DNA from: Clostridia bacterium
GTDB taxonomy: Bacteria; Bacillota; Clostridia; Oscillospirales; CAG-272
DNA length: 64,000 bases
NCBI GenBank assembly: GCA_017613355.1
Contig: JAGAEA010000022.1
Coordinates: 6,209 to 70,208 of the forward strand
Direction: 5' to 3'
The notes beneath the pieces are model-generated. The model saw nothing but the letters and a program-made list of their open reading frames with translations. It searched no databases and was not told the DNA's origin. The first letter of the stretch is position 1. Each line of letters starts with the position of its first letter. Positions 47,922 to 58,556 of the stretch are shown here, piece after piece. The position numbers and the translations under genes are program-made.

Positions 47922-49457
47922 CTAATTCTTCTCCTTTTTCCTAAAGAACCTCTTGAATATATTTACAAAGAACAAATAATCATCGTTTTTTATGTTAAAT
48001 AAAGTAAATAAAACGATAAAAACTGTCAAAATTATCACTGCTTTGATGCAAAAATATAACAAACCATTTGGGATAAAACTAATTGCTAATAAAGAAAGAG
48101 AAAAACCTAAGACGGAAATCATGAAATGTTTTAATTGTTTGAACCAATATAGGCATACTTTTTTATTAAAGCACTTTTTGAATAGTATTATGGGCTCGAT
48201 TATGAAGCTTGTCATTAAGAGACTAACGGCAGTAGCCAAAAGAATACCAAAAGTACCCCATAATATTCCTAATACGATGGATAAAAATAGGTTAAGGAGC
48301 GCTCTAAATATAATCAGCAATTGAACTTCTTTAAATAAGCCGTTAGCTTCTCTATACATCCATATTGGCGTTATAGCGGTTGTAATATAGAAATTAATTG
48401 AAATCATCCAAACCGTATAATTATCTAAAACATAAACACTCCCTAGCCAATAAGAAATAAGATTGTTGAACAATAATATAAATCCTGTTCCACCAACGGA
48501 GCCTATAAAATGGTAAAAGAGCAGAAAACTGTTGAACAATTTGTATTGTTTTTCAGCATCCCCTTTAGCATTTAAATTACCTATACCAGATACTAATGAC
48601 ACAGTAATAATAACAAGAAACGAGTTTACGGCGCTAATTATTGATAAATAATTCGAGTACAACCCCACTGCGGCTGTGCTCACAAGTACAGATATTAGAA
48701 TATTATCTGTATTATTAATTGCAACCGTACATATTTTGTAGATAAAAGTGGCTGATATCCTTTTATAAATTGGTTTTTTATCAAATGAAACGGTTTCTTG
48801 CTCTATCAGAACATCTTTATGTAATTTGTTACAAGCAAAATTAAGTAATAGATTTCCAGCAATAGTAACAATGACGATAGAATAAAGATAGAATAAATAG
48901 TTTCTCGTCAGTGTCAAAACAACAATACAAACGATTTGCAAAGCCAATTTTGTTATCAGTGCTATTATTCTAGACACCCTTTGTTGCTGATAGGCTGACA
49001 GCAAAGCGTTCTTGTGAGCAACAAAATAACTAAGGACAGTGTTCAACACAAAAATAAGAAAATAATACTGTAATTCCCCTATGGCAATATTGCTATTAAC
49101 TAAATATTTTAAAAAAGGCAGTAATGCAACGCCAATCAGAAAAATTATAATGGCTAAAAATATATATATTTTCTTGAAAAATTTTAGAAGGGAATGAATT
49201 AATGGCTTATTATCATCGGCAACCGGTTTATATAACGAAAATAACACCGCGGTATCTAGCCCCAGTTCCGCTAGAGATAATACGGTTAAAAGATTACCAA
49301 ATAGACCATCAATGCCAAGATAGTCTATGCTAAGATACCTTAGAAAAATCTTCCTACCGATAAATGTTGTAATCAGAATTCCTATTTGGCAAAAATATCC
49401 GATCACAATATTTAAGACAGCATTCTTAGAACGCGAATCATTTTTATTACTTAACAT
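47922..49457 (-). CDS. Wzx-type oligosaccharide flippase
   Basis: About 12-14 hydrophobic segments; LSLAELG, NTDNILIS, VGLYSNY. Confidence 0.85.
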   Translation of the reverse strand: MLSNKNDSRSKNAVLNIVIGYFCQIGILITTFIGRKIFLRYLSIDYLGIDGLFGNLLTVLSLAELGLDTAVLFSLYKPVADDNKPLIHSLLKFFKKIYIFLAIIIFLIGVALLPFLKYLVNSNIAIGELQYYFLIFVLNTVLSYFVAHKNALLSAYQQQRVSRIIALITKLALQIVCIVVLTLTRNYLFYLYSIVIVTIAGNLLLNFACNKLHKDVLIEQETVSFDKKPIYKRISATFIYKICTVAINNTDNILISVLVSTAAVGLYSNYLSIISAVNSFLVIITVSLVSGIGNLNAKGDAEKQYKLFNSFLLFYHFIGSVGGTGFILLFNNLISYWLGSVYVLDNYTVWMISINFYITTAITPIWMYREANGLFKEVQLLIIFRALLNLFLSIVLGILWGTFGILLATAVSLLMTSFIIEPIILFKKCFNKKVCLYWFKQLKHFMISVLGFSLSLLAISFIPNGLLYFCIKAVIILTVFIVLFTLFNIKNDDYLFFVNIFKRFFRKKEKN

Positions 49458-50565
49458 TGTTAGCTAAACCTTTATTAAAATAATCCGCTAATTTGTCGTA
49501 ATATTTTTTTTCAAAATAATTATCAATAGCGCAACTGTAGCTGTTGTAATAAAGTTTATGAATTAACTCAAAAGCAGAGTTTAAATCTTCTGCAACAAAC
49601 ACATATTCATCTAGCACGCCTTTAAACCAGTCAGCGCCAGTAATAACTTTATGATCTGTTGTTTTTAATATAACGACCGGGGTATTTGCAGCCAAAGCGA
49701 AGATTGTACCGTGGTAACGATCGGTAACAATAAGTTTATAATTGGAATAATTTGAAATTTCATCTAGAATATGCTGTTCGGCATTGAAATTAATACGAGC
49801 TATTCTTTTAGTAGTATCAGTTCTTTCAATTCTATCAGTGATGCTTTTGCATTTAGAGATTAATAATTCGAGTTCGCTATCAGGATAGAATTTTTCTGTG
49901 TCATCTCTAAGGCAAAATAATATTCCTTCTCTTTTATTTGAAAACGTTAGGGTTCCAATAAGAGTAGTCACAATATCAGGAAACAACATAACATTAATAT
50001 CAGGAAACATTTCTAATGCAGTATGATAAGAAATACTATCTCTTGCTAAAAATAAGAGATTCTTATCGGCATTAAGAATTGAAGCAGTTAGCATTTTATT
50101 TTTTTCATTTTTAAAAAAAACGGTTTGTGGCATCATCAACTTTTTATTGTTGGGAAACTCCAAACAAATTGTTCTATGCATTAAATCAGCATACCCTCCT
50201 AAATCAGTTGTGGTATAACCACTTTGAAAAACAAAAAAATCATCATCTTTTATTAAATGTTTCAATTTTCTAATTATTGGAAACATAGTGTTAACGACAG
50301 CATTTGTTTCTATTTCAACGATTGGAATATTTATATAATGTTTTTTTAACCATTTTCTAATGCACACACCTTGAGCTTGGTCTCCTAAATTATTGTGTAC
50401 AGGAATGCCAAAATAAACTATTTTTTTTTCCTCGGAATCAATTCTCAAATGATTTAAATAATGCAAGGCTCTACAATATGTTTTAAAATTCCAATAAAGC
50501 TTTCTAATCCACAGTAACGGAAAGAAAAATTTTTTATTTTTTCTTATAAAATTTGATAAACTCAT
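49447..50565 (-). CDS. Polysaccharide pyruvyl transferase family protein
   Basis: NLGDQAQ, PQTV, ARD, PDIV, TDRYHG motifs. Confidence 0.8.
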   Translation of the reverse strand: MSLSNFIRKNKKFFFPLLWIRKLYWNFKTYCRALHYLNHLRIDSEEKKIVYFGIPVHNNLGDQAQGVCIRKWLKKHYINIPIVEIETNAVVNTMFPIIRKLKHLIKDDDFFVFQSGYTTTDLGGYADLMHRTICLEFPNNKKLMMPQTVFFKNEKNKMLTASILNADKNLLFLARDSISYHTALEMFPDINVMLFPDIVTTLIGTLTFSNKREGILFCLRDDTEKFYPDSELELLISKCKSITDRIERTDTTKRIARINFNAEQHILDEISNYSNYKLIVTDRYHGTIFALAANTPVVILKTTDHKVITGADWFKGVLDEYVFVAEDLNSAFELIHKLYYNSYSCAIDNYFEKKYYDKLADYFNKGLANNVK

Positions 50566-51742
50566 TAGGCAATATCTCCTCATATGCTTTCAAATAGTCG
50601 TTTGCCATTTCAAACGGGCGTTTCACATGATAATCAACTTTTTTTCTTCCTTTGTTTGCCCACTTTTTGAGCGCATCAGCAAACATATCTAAATCATAAG
50701 GTTCTACACATTCTCCCATATCAAAAGGGATAGTCTCTTTAATACCTCCCGAATTAAAACCAACAATATTCAAGCCACATGACGAAGCTTCTAAACACAC
50801 TGTTGGATAATTCTCTCTGTAACTAGTCATCGCAAGACAATCAGCATTTGAATAGTAATTTGCTAATTCTTCTTTACTATCAATATGACCAACAAAGTAT
50901 AAATTTGGAATATTAATTTTCGCATACGACCCAACAACAACAAAATTATAATCAGGCATTCTCTTAGCCAATTCTATAATAAATCTTCCGCCTTTAATTG
51001 GGTGATCAAAATTAGGAGTAACGTGAAGAATTATTTTTTTGTTGCAATCTAAGTTAAATCTTTCTCTTATAATGCTACTTTCAATATATGAGAATGAAGA
51101 AACATCAATACCGTTCTTAATAGTTATACATTTGTGGTTTTTAAAAATTAGGGACTCTTCACATCTATTTGTAATCCATTTGGAACATCCAACAACTAAC
51201 AACGAATCAAAGCCCTTGATGGATTGGCGCATTTTTTCAAAGCAATACTTTGCGTCATCGCGAAAAACCTGAGAAATCAGCCCCTTTATTACGGGACAAT
51301 GATTGCACCCTGTTTTCCATTTATTACAATCCATTGCATGTTCACATCCGGCAGTGTGCATATTTTCTGCATGAATTGTAATAATAGTTTTTATCTTATT
51401 CTTCTTAAGATAATTGATTAGTCTGTATGCATTTATATAATGAGCATTCAAACAATGTAAATGAACGATGTCTGGCGAGACTTTTTTGATCATTTTAATG
51501 GCGTTTTTAGTGGAAAGAGGTGAAAAAGCCAAATCAACCCCAAATAAAAGAGATAAAAAACTATGTATTTTTGCCTCTAGCTCTGAACTGATTTTGTAAA
51601 CATTAGCCTCTTTTATTTTTTTGCCGCGTCCATATAAGACATATGAGGAGTAGCCCTTGCTAATGTAACAGTTATGCAAATCCGATACAATTTTGCCAGT
51701 GCTTCCTGTTTTATATACACTATTAATCTGCAGTATTTTCAT
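50534..51742 (-). CDS. GT4 glycosyltransferase (WcaC-like)
   Basis: MKILQINSV...GSTGKI, PDIVHLH, KGG, ENYPTVCLEA. Confidence 0.85.
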   Translation of the reverse strand: MKILQINSVYKTGSTGKIVSDLHNCYISKGYSSYVLYGRGKKIKEANVYKISSELEAKIHSFLSLLFGVDLAFSPLSTKNAIKMIKKVSPDIVHLHCLNAHYINAYRLINYLKKNKIKTIITIHAENMHTAGCEHAMDCNKWKTGCNHCPVIKGLISQVFRDDAKYCFEKMRQSIKGFDSLLVVGCSKWITNRCEESLIFKNHKCITIKNGIDVSSFSYIESSIIRERFNLDCNKKIILHVTPNFDHPIKGGRFIIELAKRMPDYNFVVVGSYAKINIPNLYFVGHIDSKEELANYYSNADCLAMTSYRENYPTVCLEASSCGLNIVGFNSGGIKETIPFDMGECVEPYDLDMFADALKKWANKGRKKVDYHVKRPFEMANDYLKAYEEILPNEFIKFYKKK

Positions 51743-52013
51743 ATAATCTATAATTAATCATGGTGAATTTTATATTGCTAAACAAAAATCCACTTATTCC
51801 TTTCATATCCTTCTAAAGCCCTGCTAATGCCTTGCGCCTAAAGATAACAGTACATCTATTAGCAAATATACATAACAAAATATACAAGGTGCTATAGTTC
51901 CCTATATATTTTTTCTGCATATAAAATAAAAAGCTAATAGCCTTTTCTCCAAGGTTCTTATAAATAATATTTCAAAATAACCGTCTTCGACTCAAACCGA
52001 AAAAGTATTTCAT

Positions 52014-53123
52014 TTATATTTCTTTCCAAAATGGAACGTATGGGATTGTATCCAAAAACCCAGAGCCATTTTTGAAGGAAGAATAAACTGCATATACGAA
52101 ATAAATAGTAAAAAAAACAGATAATACTAATTCGCCAATTTTTGCCATTTGATAATTAACTTTACTAGCATTTTTCACGGCATTACCAACCGCTAATGGA
52201 ATTAATAAAATAAAATAATAATTCATTCTCATAGCCAAATCATTTACAAATGCAAAAGATTGTAATACAACTGCAAAAACCAAAATATTTCTTAGTGCAT
52301 ATGCATCATTGTCCATTGTTTTTTCGTCTTCTACAAGAAAACAAAAAGTAGCAAATAATGCAAATAGAACAAAGCTCATGAATGCGCCTGTTTCGGTAGC
52401 TTGAACGCCATACTTATCGTTAAAACTCCCAGCAAGGGAAGACAAAAAATTAAAGATGGGTTTATTAAAAATAAAAACAGTCATAATTGAGGAAATAATC
52501 CACCACAAATCTTTTGTCTTAAATCTAAAGAAAAACAAAGGAAACAATAAGAAAACCATAAAGCCAGTATGATGAGTAAAGGTTGCTAATATTGAAAGCA
52601 ATATAAACAATATATATTTTTTATCTTTTAAAGTTTGATATGCAAGTAATCCTAGAGCCATCGCAAGTCCTTGCCTGATCCCAGAAAAAAGCATTACATA
52701 TGTAGACATATTAACGAAAATTGCTATTTTTAGATAACCATGCGTTTTGTCTTTGCAATACACATACATAATTGGAATGACCGATAAAATAGCTGTAATT
52801 GAAACAAAAAGTTGATAATTGTTTGATATATGATTATAAAAAAACCAACAATAAAAACGGTAAACGATTTCAGACCACGATGAAAAGACAGATCCCAAAG
52901 AAGAATTGCCAAATTTTATAAATAAATGTTCGTAATTTACCAAATCTCTTCCTAAATATTTATTTCTTAACGACAAAACGAGAAGGAATAAAATAAAAAA
53001 TAGTGGTAGAATAGCGCGATTAAATTTTATTGATGTTTTTTTTAATCTTAAACTATTATAATTGAAAACAGAAAGTATTTGAAATGATAAAGGTATTAAC
53101 AAAAGCGATATGTATGGCAACAT
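52014..53123 (-). CDS. EpsG family polysaccharide polymerase
   Basis: Multi-TM; LR...GRDLVNY, SGIRQGLA, HHTG, RMNYYF, PY near the C-terminus. Confidence 0.82.
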   Translation of the reverse strand: MLPYISLLLIPLSFQILSVFNYNSLRLKKTSIKFNRAILPLFFILFLLVLSLRNKYLGRDLVNYEHLFIKFGNSSLGSVFSSWSEIVYRFYCWFFYNHISNNYQLFVSITAILSVIPIMYVYCKDKTHGYLKIAIFVNMSTYVMLFSGIRQGLAMALGLLAYQTLKDKKYILFILLSILATFTHHTGFMVFLLFPLFFFRFKTKDLWWIISSIMTVFIFNKPIFNFLSSLAGSFNDKYGVQATETGAFMSFVLFALFATFCFLVEDEKTMDNDAYALRNILVFAVVLQSFAFVNDLAMRMNYYFILLIPLAVGNAVKNASKVNYQMAKIGELVLSVFFTIYFVYAVYSSFKNGSGFLDTIPYVPFWKEI

Positions 53124-53430
53124 AGTTTTTCATTTCTCCTTTTTCTATCTTAAAACGAGCCTTCTAAATATATTAATATATTGAAGCTATGAGATGTTAG
53201 ATATTGACCATTGTTTAATAATTAATGTAATAGAGTGGATACATAAAAACGCCATAATGGATGATTAATAAAAAGAAAAAGGTAATACGGACTTAATTTT
53301 TAAACAATCAATGTAATGAGTATAAGAAATACATGACAATTATTTTACATATAAAAAAATACTTAGGACCGAGCCAAAAGAATAAGCAATTGTTAGCAAG
53401 CTTTCATAAGTGGATAATCACATTTGAACA

Positions 53431-54366
53431 TCACTTCGTTTTGATATGCCTGAATATTCTATAATACATTTTTCTTATCGTAGGTCTTATTTTTCCATAT
53501 GAAGACAACATAGTGATTCTAAACCTTTGAAGTAATGAAAATTTGCCTTTTTTTCGATATAATTCAAGTGCTTCAGTACAGTTATTTTTTGCAAAATACA
53601 AAGTCATGTAATAAATATAGTTTTCTCTGCGCGACGAAACCAATTCTAACGGATTAAACATCAATTTCCCAAATATTGAAGAGTCTTTAATAAACACATC
53701 TTTTGCTGTTTGAGTACCTTGTTTTGAGTGTATCCTACTTTGGACACATTCGTCTTGAACATATAAAACGTTATATTCTTTAAGCAACACTCTCATCCAC
53801 ATTAAGAAATCTTGAGCAAACTTTAATTGCTCGTCAAAGAAGCCAGCATCAATAAATGCTCTTTTTGGTATCAATAAAGCGCAGCCACTAAAGCAACTAC
53901 TTCTAATTAAAGCAAGTAGAGCTCTATTCCAAGGATTTATGCCACTATTTAAAAATTTGTTTTTCTTACTATGTTTGATAACGTTGTTATCTTTATCTAT
54001 TTGAGCTGAATTACAATAGCAAATCAAATCCTCCTCTTCACAAGCAGAAACAGCACTAATTTGCGCTTCTATTTTATTAGGAGTGTATCTGTCATCATGA
54101 GAAAGCCATGAAAAATATTCTCCTCGCATTTCCTTTATCCCGAGGTTCAAGGCAGATGACACCCCGCCATTTTCTTTTTTAAAATAGCGGATTTGGTTGC
54201 CGTATGACATTGCTATTTCGTCTGTGTCATCAGCTGAACCATCATTTACAACGATAATTTCAACGTTTTCGTATGTTTGAGCAAGAGCGCTATCAATTGC
54301 TTCTCTCATATAATTTGATCCGTTGTAAACTGGAATAATTATTGAAACTAAAGGTTTTTTATCCAT
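53431..54366 (-). CDS. GT2 glycosyltransferase
   Basis: VSIIIPVYN, VNDGS, NGGVSSALN, WLSHDD. Confidence 0.9.
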   Translation of the reverse strand: MDKKPLVSIIIPVYNGSNYMREAIDSALAQTYENVEIIVVNDGSADDTDEIAMSYGNQIRYFKKENGGVSSALNLGIKEMRGEYFSWLSHDDRYTPNKIEAQISAVSACEEEDLICYCNSAQIDKDNNVIKHSKKNKFLNSGINPWNRALLALIRSSCFSGCALLIPKRAFIDAGFFDEQLKFAQDFLMWMRVLLKEYNVLYVQDECVQSRIHSKQGTQTAKDVFIKDSSIFGKLMFNPLELVSSRRENYIYYMTLYFAKNNCTEALELYRKKGKFSLLQRFRITMLSSYGKIRPTIRKMYYRIFRHIKTK

Positions 54367-55459
54367 TTTTATCACCACAAATGTTTTTATAAATATCGAG
54401 CATTTTATTAGCTACCAAAGATAGTTCAAATTGTTTCAGCCTACGATAATTGTCATCGGAATTGTTAAAACCACCAATACATTGTTTAATTACCTCGGCA
54501 ACCGATGAAGTTATGTGTGGATCAAACAATCCCTCACGAACCAAATCTGAACAACCTCTTATATTGCTACAAACCACCGTCGTTTTGGCTGCCACCGCCT
54601 CCATAACAGAAACAGGCAAGCCTTCTCTGAAAGAGGGGTGGACAAACAAATCCGCCGCCTTATATAATTCTGCAACATCTTTTCTATAGCCAAGCAAATG
54701 TAGATTTACTTTTAGTTCCTTAGCAAGTTTTTCAAGATTCTCTTTCTGATCTCCAACTCCTGCAATCATGTAATGAATATTTGAATCGTTTAATTCGGCT
54801 ATCGCTCTAATAACTATTTGATGGTTTTTATTTTGATTCAATTCACCAACAGAAAAAATTAAATATGCGTCTTTTGGAATACCAAGATCCTCTCTTTTTT
54901 TATCTCTATCGACTACTGTATTAGCAAATTTCTTTGTATCCATGCCTACGCCAGGAACATATTCGATACGTTTTGCCTTCATTTTCTTTTTGGCTAGATC
55001 ATAATCCTCTTTATTAATTGTAATTAAAACATCTGTCCATCTTGAGCATAGTTTTTCGATAGGATAATAAATAATCCAATTTTTCTTTGGAGCGCCTTTA
55101 TAGAAATGGAAGCCATGAGCAGTGTATATAACTTTAAGCCCTTGCTTCTTTCTTAGTTTCCTACACGCAATGCGTGTTGACATACCAGCCAATGGCGTAT
55201 GACAATGAACAATATCATATTCCTTAGCAAGATTCCTTATTTGCTTTATAGCCTTAATATTGTCGAAACTAAGTGGGGAGCGAGAACAAGAAATATCAAA
55301 TATTTTACATCCCCATTTTGAATAATAATCCGGGACCTTCGAAGATGATTGATTAGCAGCAAAATCAACAACGTGCCCATCGTCAATAAGTTGTCTAACC
55401 AAGTCTTTAAAAAACGGCATAAAGCCACCAACAGTAGCCACATATAATATTTTCATCAT
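54359..55459 (-). CDS. GT4 glycosyltransferase (EpsD-like)
   Basis: HCHTP, YTAHGFHF, VGELNQNKN, REGLPVSVMEA. Confidence 0.9.
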   Translation of the reverse strand: MMKILYVATVGGFMPFFKDLVRQLIDDGHVVDFAANQSSSKVPDYYSKWGCKIFDISCSRSPLSFDNIKAIKQIRNLAKEYDIVHCHTPLAGMSTRIACRKLRKKQGLKVIYTAHGFHFYKGAPKKNWIIYYPIEKLCSRWTDVLITINKEDYDLAKKKMKAKRIEYVPGVGMDTKKFANTVVDRDKKREDLGIPKDAYLIFSVGELNQNKNHQIVIRAIAELNDSNIHYMIAGVGDQKENLEKLAKELKVNLHLLGYRKDVAELYKAADLFVHPSFREGLPVSVMEAVAAKTTVVCSNIRGCSDLVREGLFDPHITSSVAEVIKQCIGGFNNSDDNYRRLKQFELSLVANKMLDIYKNICGDKNG

Positions 55460-56493
55460 TCACCTCTATATTCAGGAAAGAAATGCGAGTGATCAATATT
55501 CCCTCTAATGCCCACTAATTCTTTGTATACTTTTTTAACAAATATTTTCTTTCCGATATAATACCTATACAGTTCACCCCGATAAAAGGCCCTCTTGAAC
55601 TTAAACAAGCTATCCTCACCACTTCCGACTCCACCACCAAGATGGAACGTAGAACAACCAATCTCATTTCCCCATTCGGCAGCTTTCCATAACAACAAAT
55701 TTGATGGAGCTAAATTTTGGTATTCTCTTAACGATCCTGAAAGATGATAGTTCAATTTACCATTAGCAAAGATCATTATAGAAGTGGCTATTATTTTTCC
55801 TTCCAATTCTGCATAGAAGATTGTGGCGTTGTCCTTTAAATCTTCTTTAATACTTTCGTAGAAATCTTTTTTAAAATAATAATATTGATCAGCGTTATCT
55901 TTATTCATCGTGCCATTATAGATTTCTATAAATATATCTATCAACTCTTCTGATAACCCTTGTTTAATTTGAATTCCATTATTAATTGCTTTTCTTATGA
56001 CGTTTCGATTTTTTGGATTGAAATTGTTCCATATTAGCTCCTTATCCGTTGTGTCGATAGCAACGGTTTCACCTAGAGGGACAACCTCGTAGTGTCCATC
56101 TGAAAAAACATGGTTTTTTAGAACAGGATGAAATCTTACGAATTCCGAAACAATATTGTGTTCCTTGCACCACTTCTCATATTCGTTGAAAAGATTGTCG
56201 AAATTCTCACCATCAATTAGCCATCCTCCATAGCCATAAGGAGTTGCAAAATCAAATAATTTATTATGTTCAATAACGTCTGCGAAATGAGGATCTAAGG
56301 CAATATCTCGTTTCATGACAACATTTATGCCTCTGCATTTATCGTCAGAATAAAAAAACAGCAAAGGCTCACCGTCGCCATGTATTTTGAATGCTTTAAC
56401 ATACCCGCTTAAATAGTAAACATCATAGTCCTTAAAACTTTTTACTATTTCGTCCCATTTATTCGATTCATTAAGTGTTATAACTTCAAGCAT
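55456..56493 (-). CDS. GNAT/FemAB-like acyltransferase
   Basis: TPYGYGG, SEFVRFHP, YHLSGS, HLGGG, LFKFK. Confidence 0.8.
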   Translation of the reverse strand: MLEVITLNESNKWDEIVKSFKDYDVYYLSGYVKAFKIHGDGEPLLFFYSDDKCRGINVVMKRDIALDPHFADVIEHNKLFDFATPYGYGGWLIDGENFDNLFNEYEKWCKEHNIVSEFVRFHPVLKNHVFSDGHYEVVPLGETVAIDTTDKELIWNNFNPKNRNVIRKAINNGIQIKQGLSEELIDIFIEIYNGTMNKDNADQYYYFKKDFYESIKEDLKDNATIFYAELEGKIIATSIMIFANGKLNYHLSGSLREYQNLAPSNLLLWKAAEWGNEIGCSTFHLGGGVGSGEDSLFKFKRAFYRGELYRYYIGKKIFVKKVYKELVGIRGNIDHSHFFPEYRGE

Positions 56494-57505
56494 TCTTATT
56501 TATCTCCATAAATTCTCTTACAGTTGAAACAATCCTTTTCATATCGTTTGTAGAATATCTTTGATCACAAACTAGTGATAATTCCCTTTCGTATAAATCA
56601 TCCGATTCATTTTGATCCTTGTATGGTTTAGGCCAATGAATTGGACAGTATATGTTACGATCGATTAGATATTTTCTTAATTTCTCTCTTTCATCAATAA
56701 CAATAGGAACAAATAGAGGACAGTCGTTTGGATTTAATGATGTAATAAGGCAAATGTCTGCCAATCCATCAATTAAAACAGCTGCATTATTTCTCCTCGT
56801 CACCTTAATAAATTCAATGTCGAGATGCTTTGCGTTTTTTATATCATTAGAATCGCTAATTGCGATATCACAATTCTCAAGCAAGTATTCGGCACCACGA
56901 TAAACATTTAAGTAATCTTTACTACTTGTTTTTTCATCAATATAATCGCTCTTCAAATCCATAGCCTTTTTTCGTAGGGCAATGTAATCGCTTGCAATTT
57001 CGGTCGGTTCAAAAATTCTTCCTTCTCTATTCCAGGCAAAACCTCCACTTAAAAAACCAGCCCACTTTCGCATTGATCCGAAGTAATAATCTGCATCATT
57101 ATAATTTTTGGTGAAGATAGAGTGCGTTAAATCCCTGATAATTGTTTTGTTAGATCTTGGAAAATCATTTGATAACGCATCATATCCAAAGTAATCAATA
57201 ACCAAAATAATATTACAGTCGTCGATATTGGAATAATTGCACCGAAAAAAGCCATCTTTAAACGAAACGGAGTAGAATTTATATTCAACATCCTCTTTGA
57301 TCAACGGCTCAATCATCGATTCACAAAGATATGATGGAAGCGCAACTTTTAAAGGTTTAAGCCCAGCATTTTCAATCTTAATTTGTTGAAGAATTGAACG
57401 AAAGGCAGCTCTTCCAGAAACGAACCACGTTGCTTTATCAAAAATATGATTTTCCTTTTCCGTTAATGGTACATCCCAAAATTCACTGCCAATTTCAGTT
57501 CGCAT
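56486..57505 (-). CDS. Divergent DegT-like PLP-dependent protein
   Basis: SGRAA, LPSYLCESM, DYFG, DLTHS, SMRKW (Lys retained), PIHWP, CDQRY. Confidence 0.65.
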   Translation of the reverse strand: MRTEIGSEFWDVPLTEKENHIFDKATWFVSGRAAFRSILQQIKIENAGLKPLKVALPSYLCESMIEPLIKEDVEYKFYSVSFKDGFFRCNYSNIDDCNIILVIDYFGYDALSNDFPRSNKTIIRDLTHSIFTKNYNDADYYFGSMRKWAGFLSGGFAWNREGRIFEPTEIASDYIALRKKAMDLKSDYIDEKTSSKDYLNVYRGAEYLLENCDIAISDSNDIKNAKHLDIEFIKVTRRNNAAVLIDGLADICLITSLNPNDCPLFVPIVIDEREKLRKYLIDRNIYCPIHWPKPYKDQNESDDLYERELSLVCDQRYSTNDMKRIVSTVREFMEINKNA

Positions 57506-58503
57506 TATTTTCCTCTCAAAGATTCAAATCTATTAATTTTAGCTTCTTCTTTATAATCTTCGAACAATTTATGAACATCCATTACAGGTTCATAGCCCAA
57601 TTCATCTTTAGCATTCTGAATATCCATTAAGAAACCGCCACCAGATTTGCCAGGATGGTATTCAATCTTCGATGGATGATCTTTAGGTGAGAAAACATCA
57701 ATGATAGCTTGGCATTGTTCTTGCAATGTAACCGGGATTCCAGTACCAACATTGTAGAATCCAGTTTCTCTATTAACTAAACATGCTTTGCAAAGCATTT
57801 GGGCACAATCGTAAACATGGACCATGTCTTTGGCATAATTAGGATCACCCCATAATTCAAGAGGTTCGCCTTTTATAGCCCTATTTATTTGTTTATATAA
57901 TGGGCGCATTGTCTTAACGCCATTTGGATAATAATATTGGAATGTGCTGTATTCGTAGATTGTTGGAAATCTGAAAACAAAATATTTCAAATGATATTCC
58001 GCATAATAGTGTTTCAACATTTCAATAGCCGTATTTTTTGAAATGACATACATGGCATGGTCACCACTATAACTAAAATAAGGAGGTAAATCTGGTTTCA
58101 AGACAACATTTGGATTCTCTTGTGGGTATAGCGAAATATCAAAAACAGTTTGGCTAAACAAAATTCTGTCAGCCTTTACCGCTCTGCAATATTCCAAAAC
58201 ATTGTATGTGCCCATGACGTTTGTTTGCAGATACTTTTCACCACTATATTCATTCATATAAGAAGGAATCGTAGCTGCCAATAAAATAACTGCATGTACA
58301 TCTTCTCTAGGAAGTCTTTCAAAATCAGGCTTATTTAACATATCAACTTGAACGAATTTGACTCCAAATTGATCAAAAACGTCCGTGTTTCTTCTGCCCG
58401 AAGCAATAACCTCATATTTTGTTCTATCGAAGAATTCAGATGCATACTTCGTTACGTAGGAACCGACATTTCCGGTGGCACCAAAAATGATGATTTTTTT
58501 CAT
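57505..58503 (-). CDS. NAD-dependent epimerase/dehydratase
   Basis: FGATGNVG, NVMGT, YVISK, YNVGTG. Confidence 0.85.
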   Translation of the reverse strand: MKKIIIFGATGNVGSYVTKYASEFFDRTKYEVIASGRRNTDVFDQFGVKFVQVDMLNKPDFERLPREDVHAVILLAATIPSYMNEYSGEKYLQTNVMGTYNVLEYCRAVKADRILFSQTVFDISLYPQENPNVVLKPDLPPYFSYSGDHAMYVISKNTAIEMLKHYYAEYHLKYFVFRFPTIYEYSTFQYYYPNGVKTMRPLYKQINRAIKGEPLELWGDPNYAKDMVHVYDCAQMLCKACLVNRETGFYNVGTGIPVTLQEQCQAIIDVFSPKDHPSKIEYHPGKSGGGFLMDIQNAKDELGYEPVMDVHKLFEDYKEEAKINRFESLRGK

Positions 58504-58556
58504 TTGTTCAACTCCTTTTTAATAATTTAGCAAGCAACACAACACGTGAACAGCCA

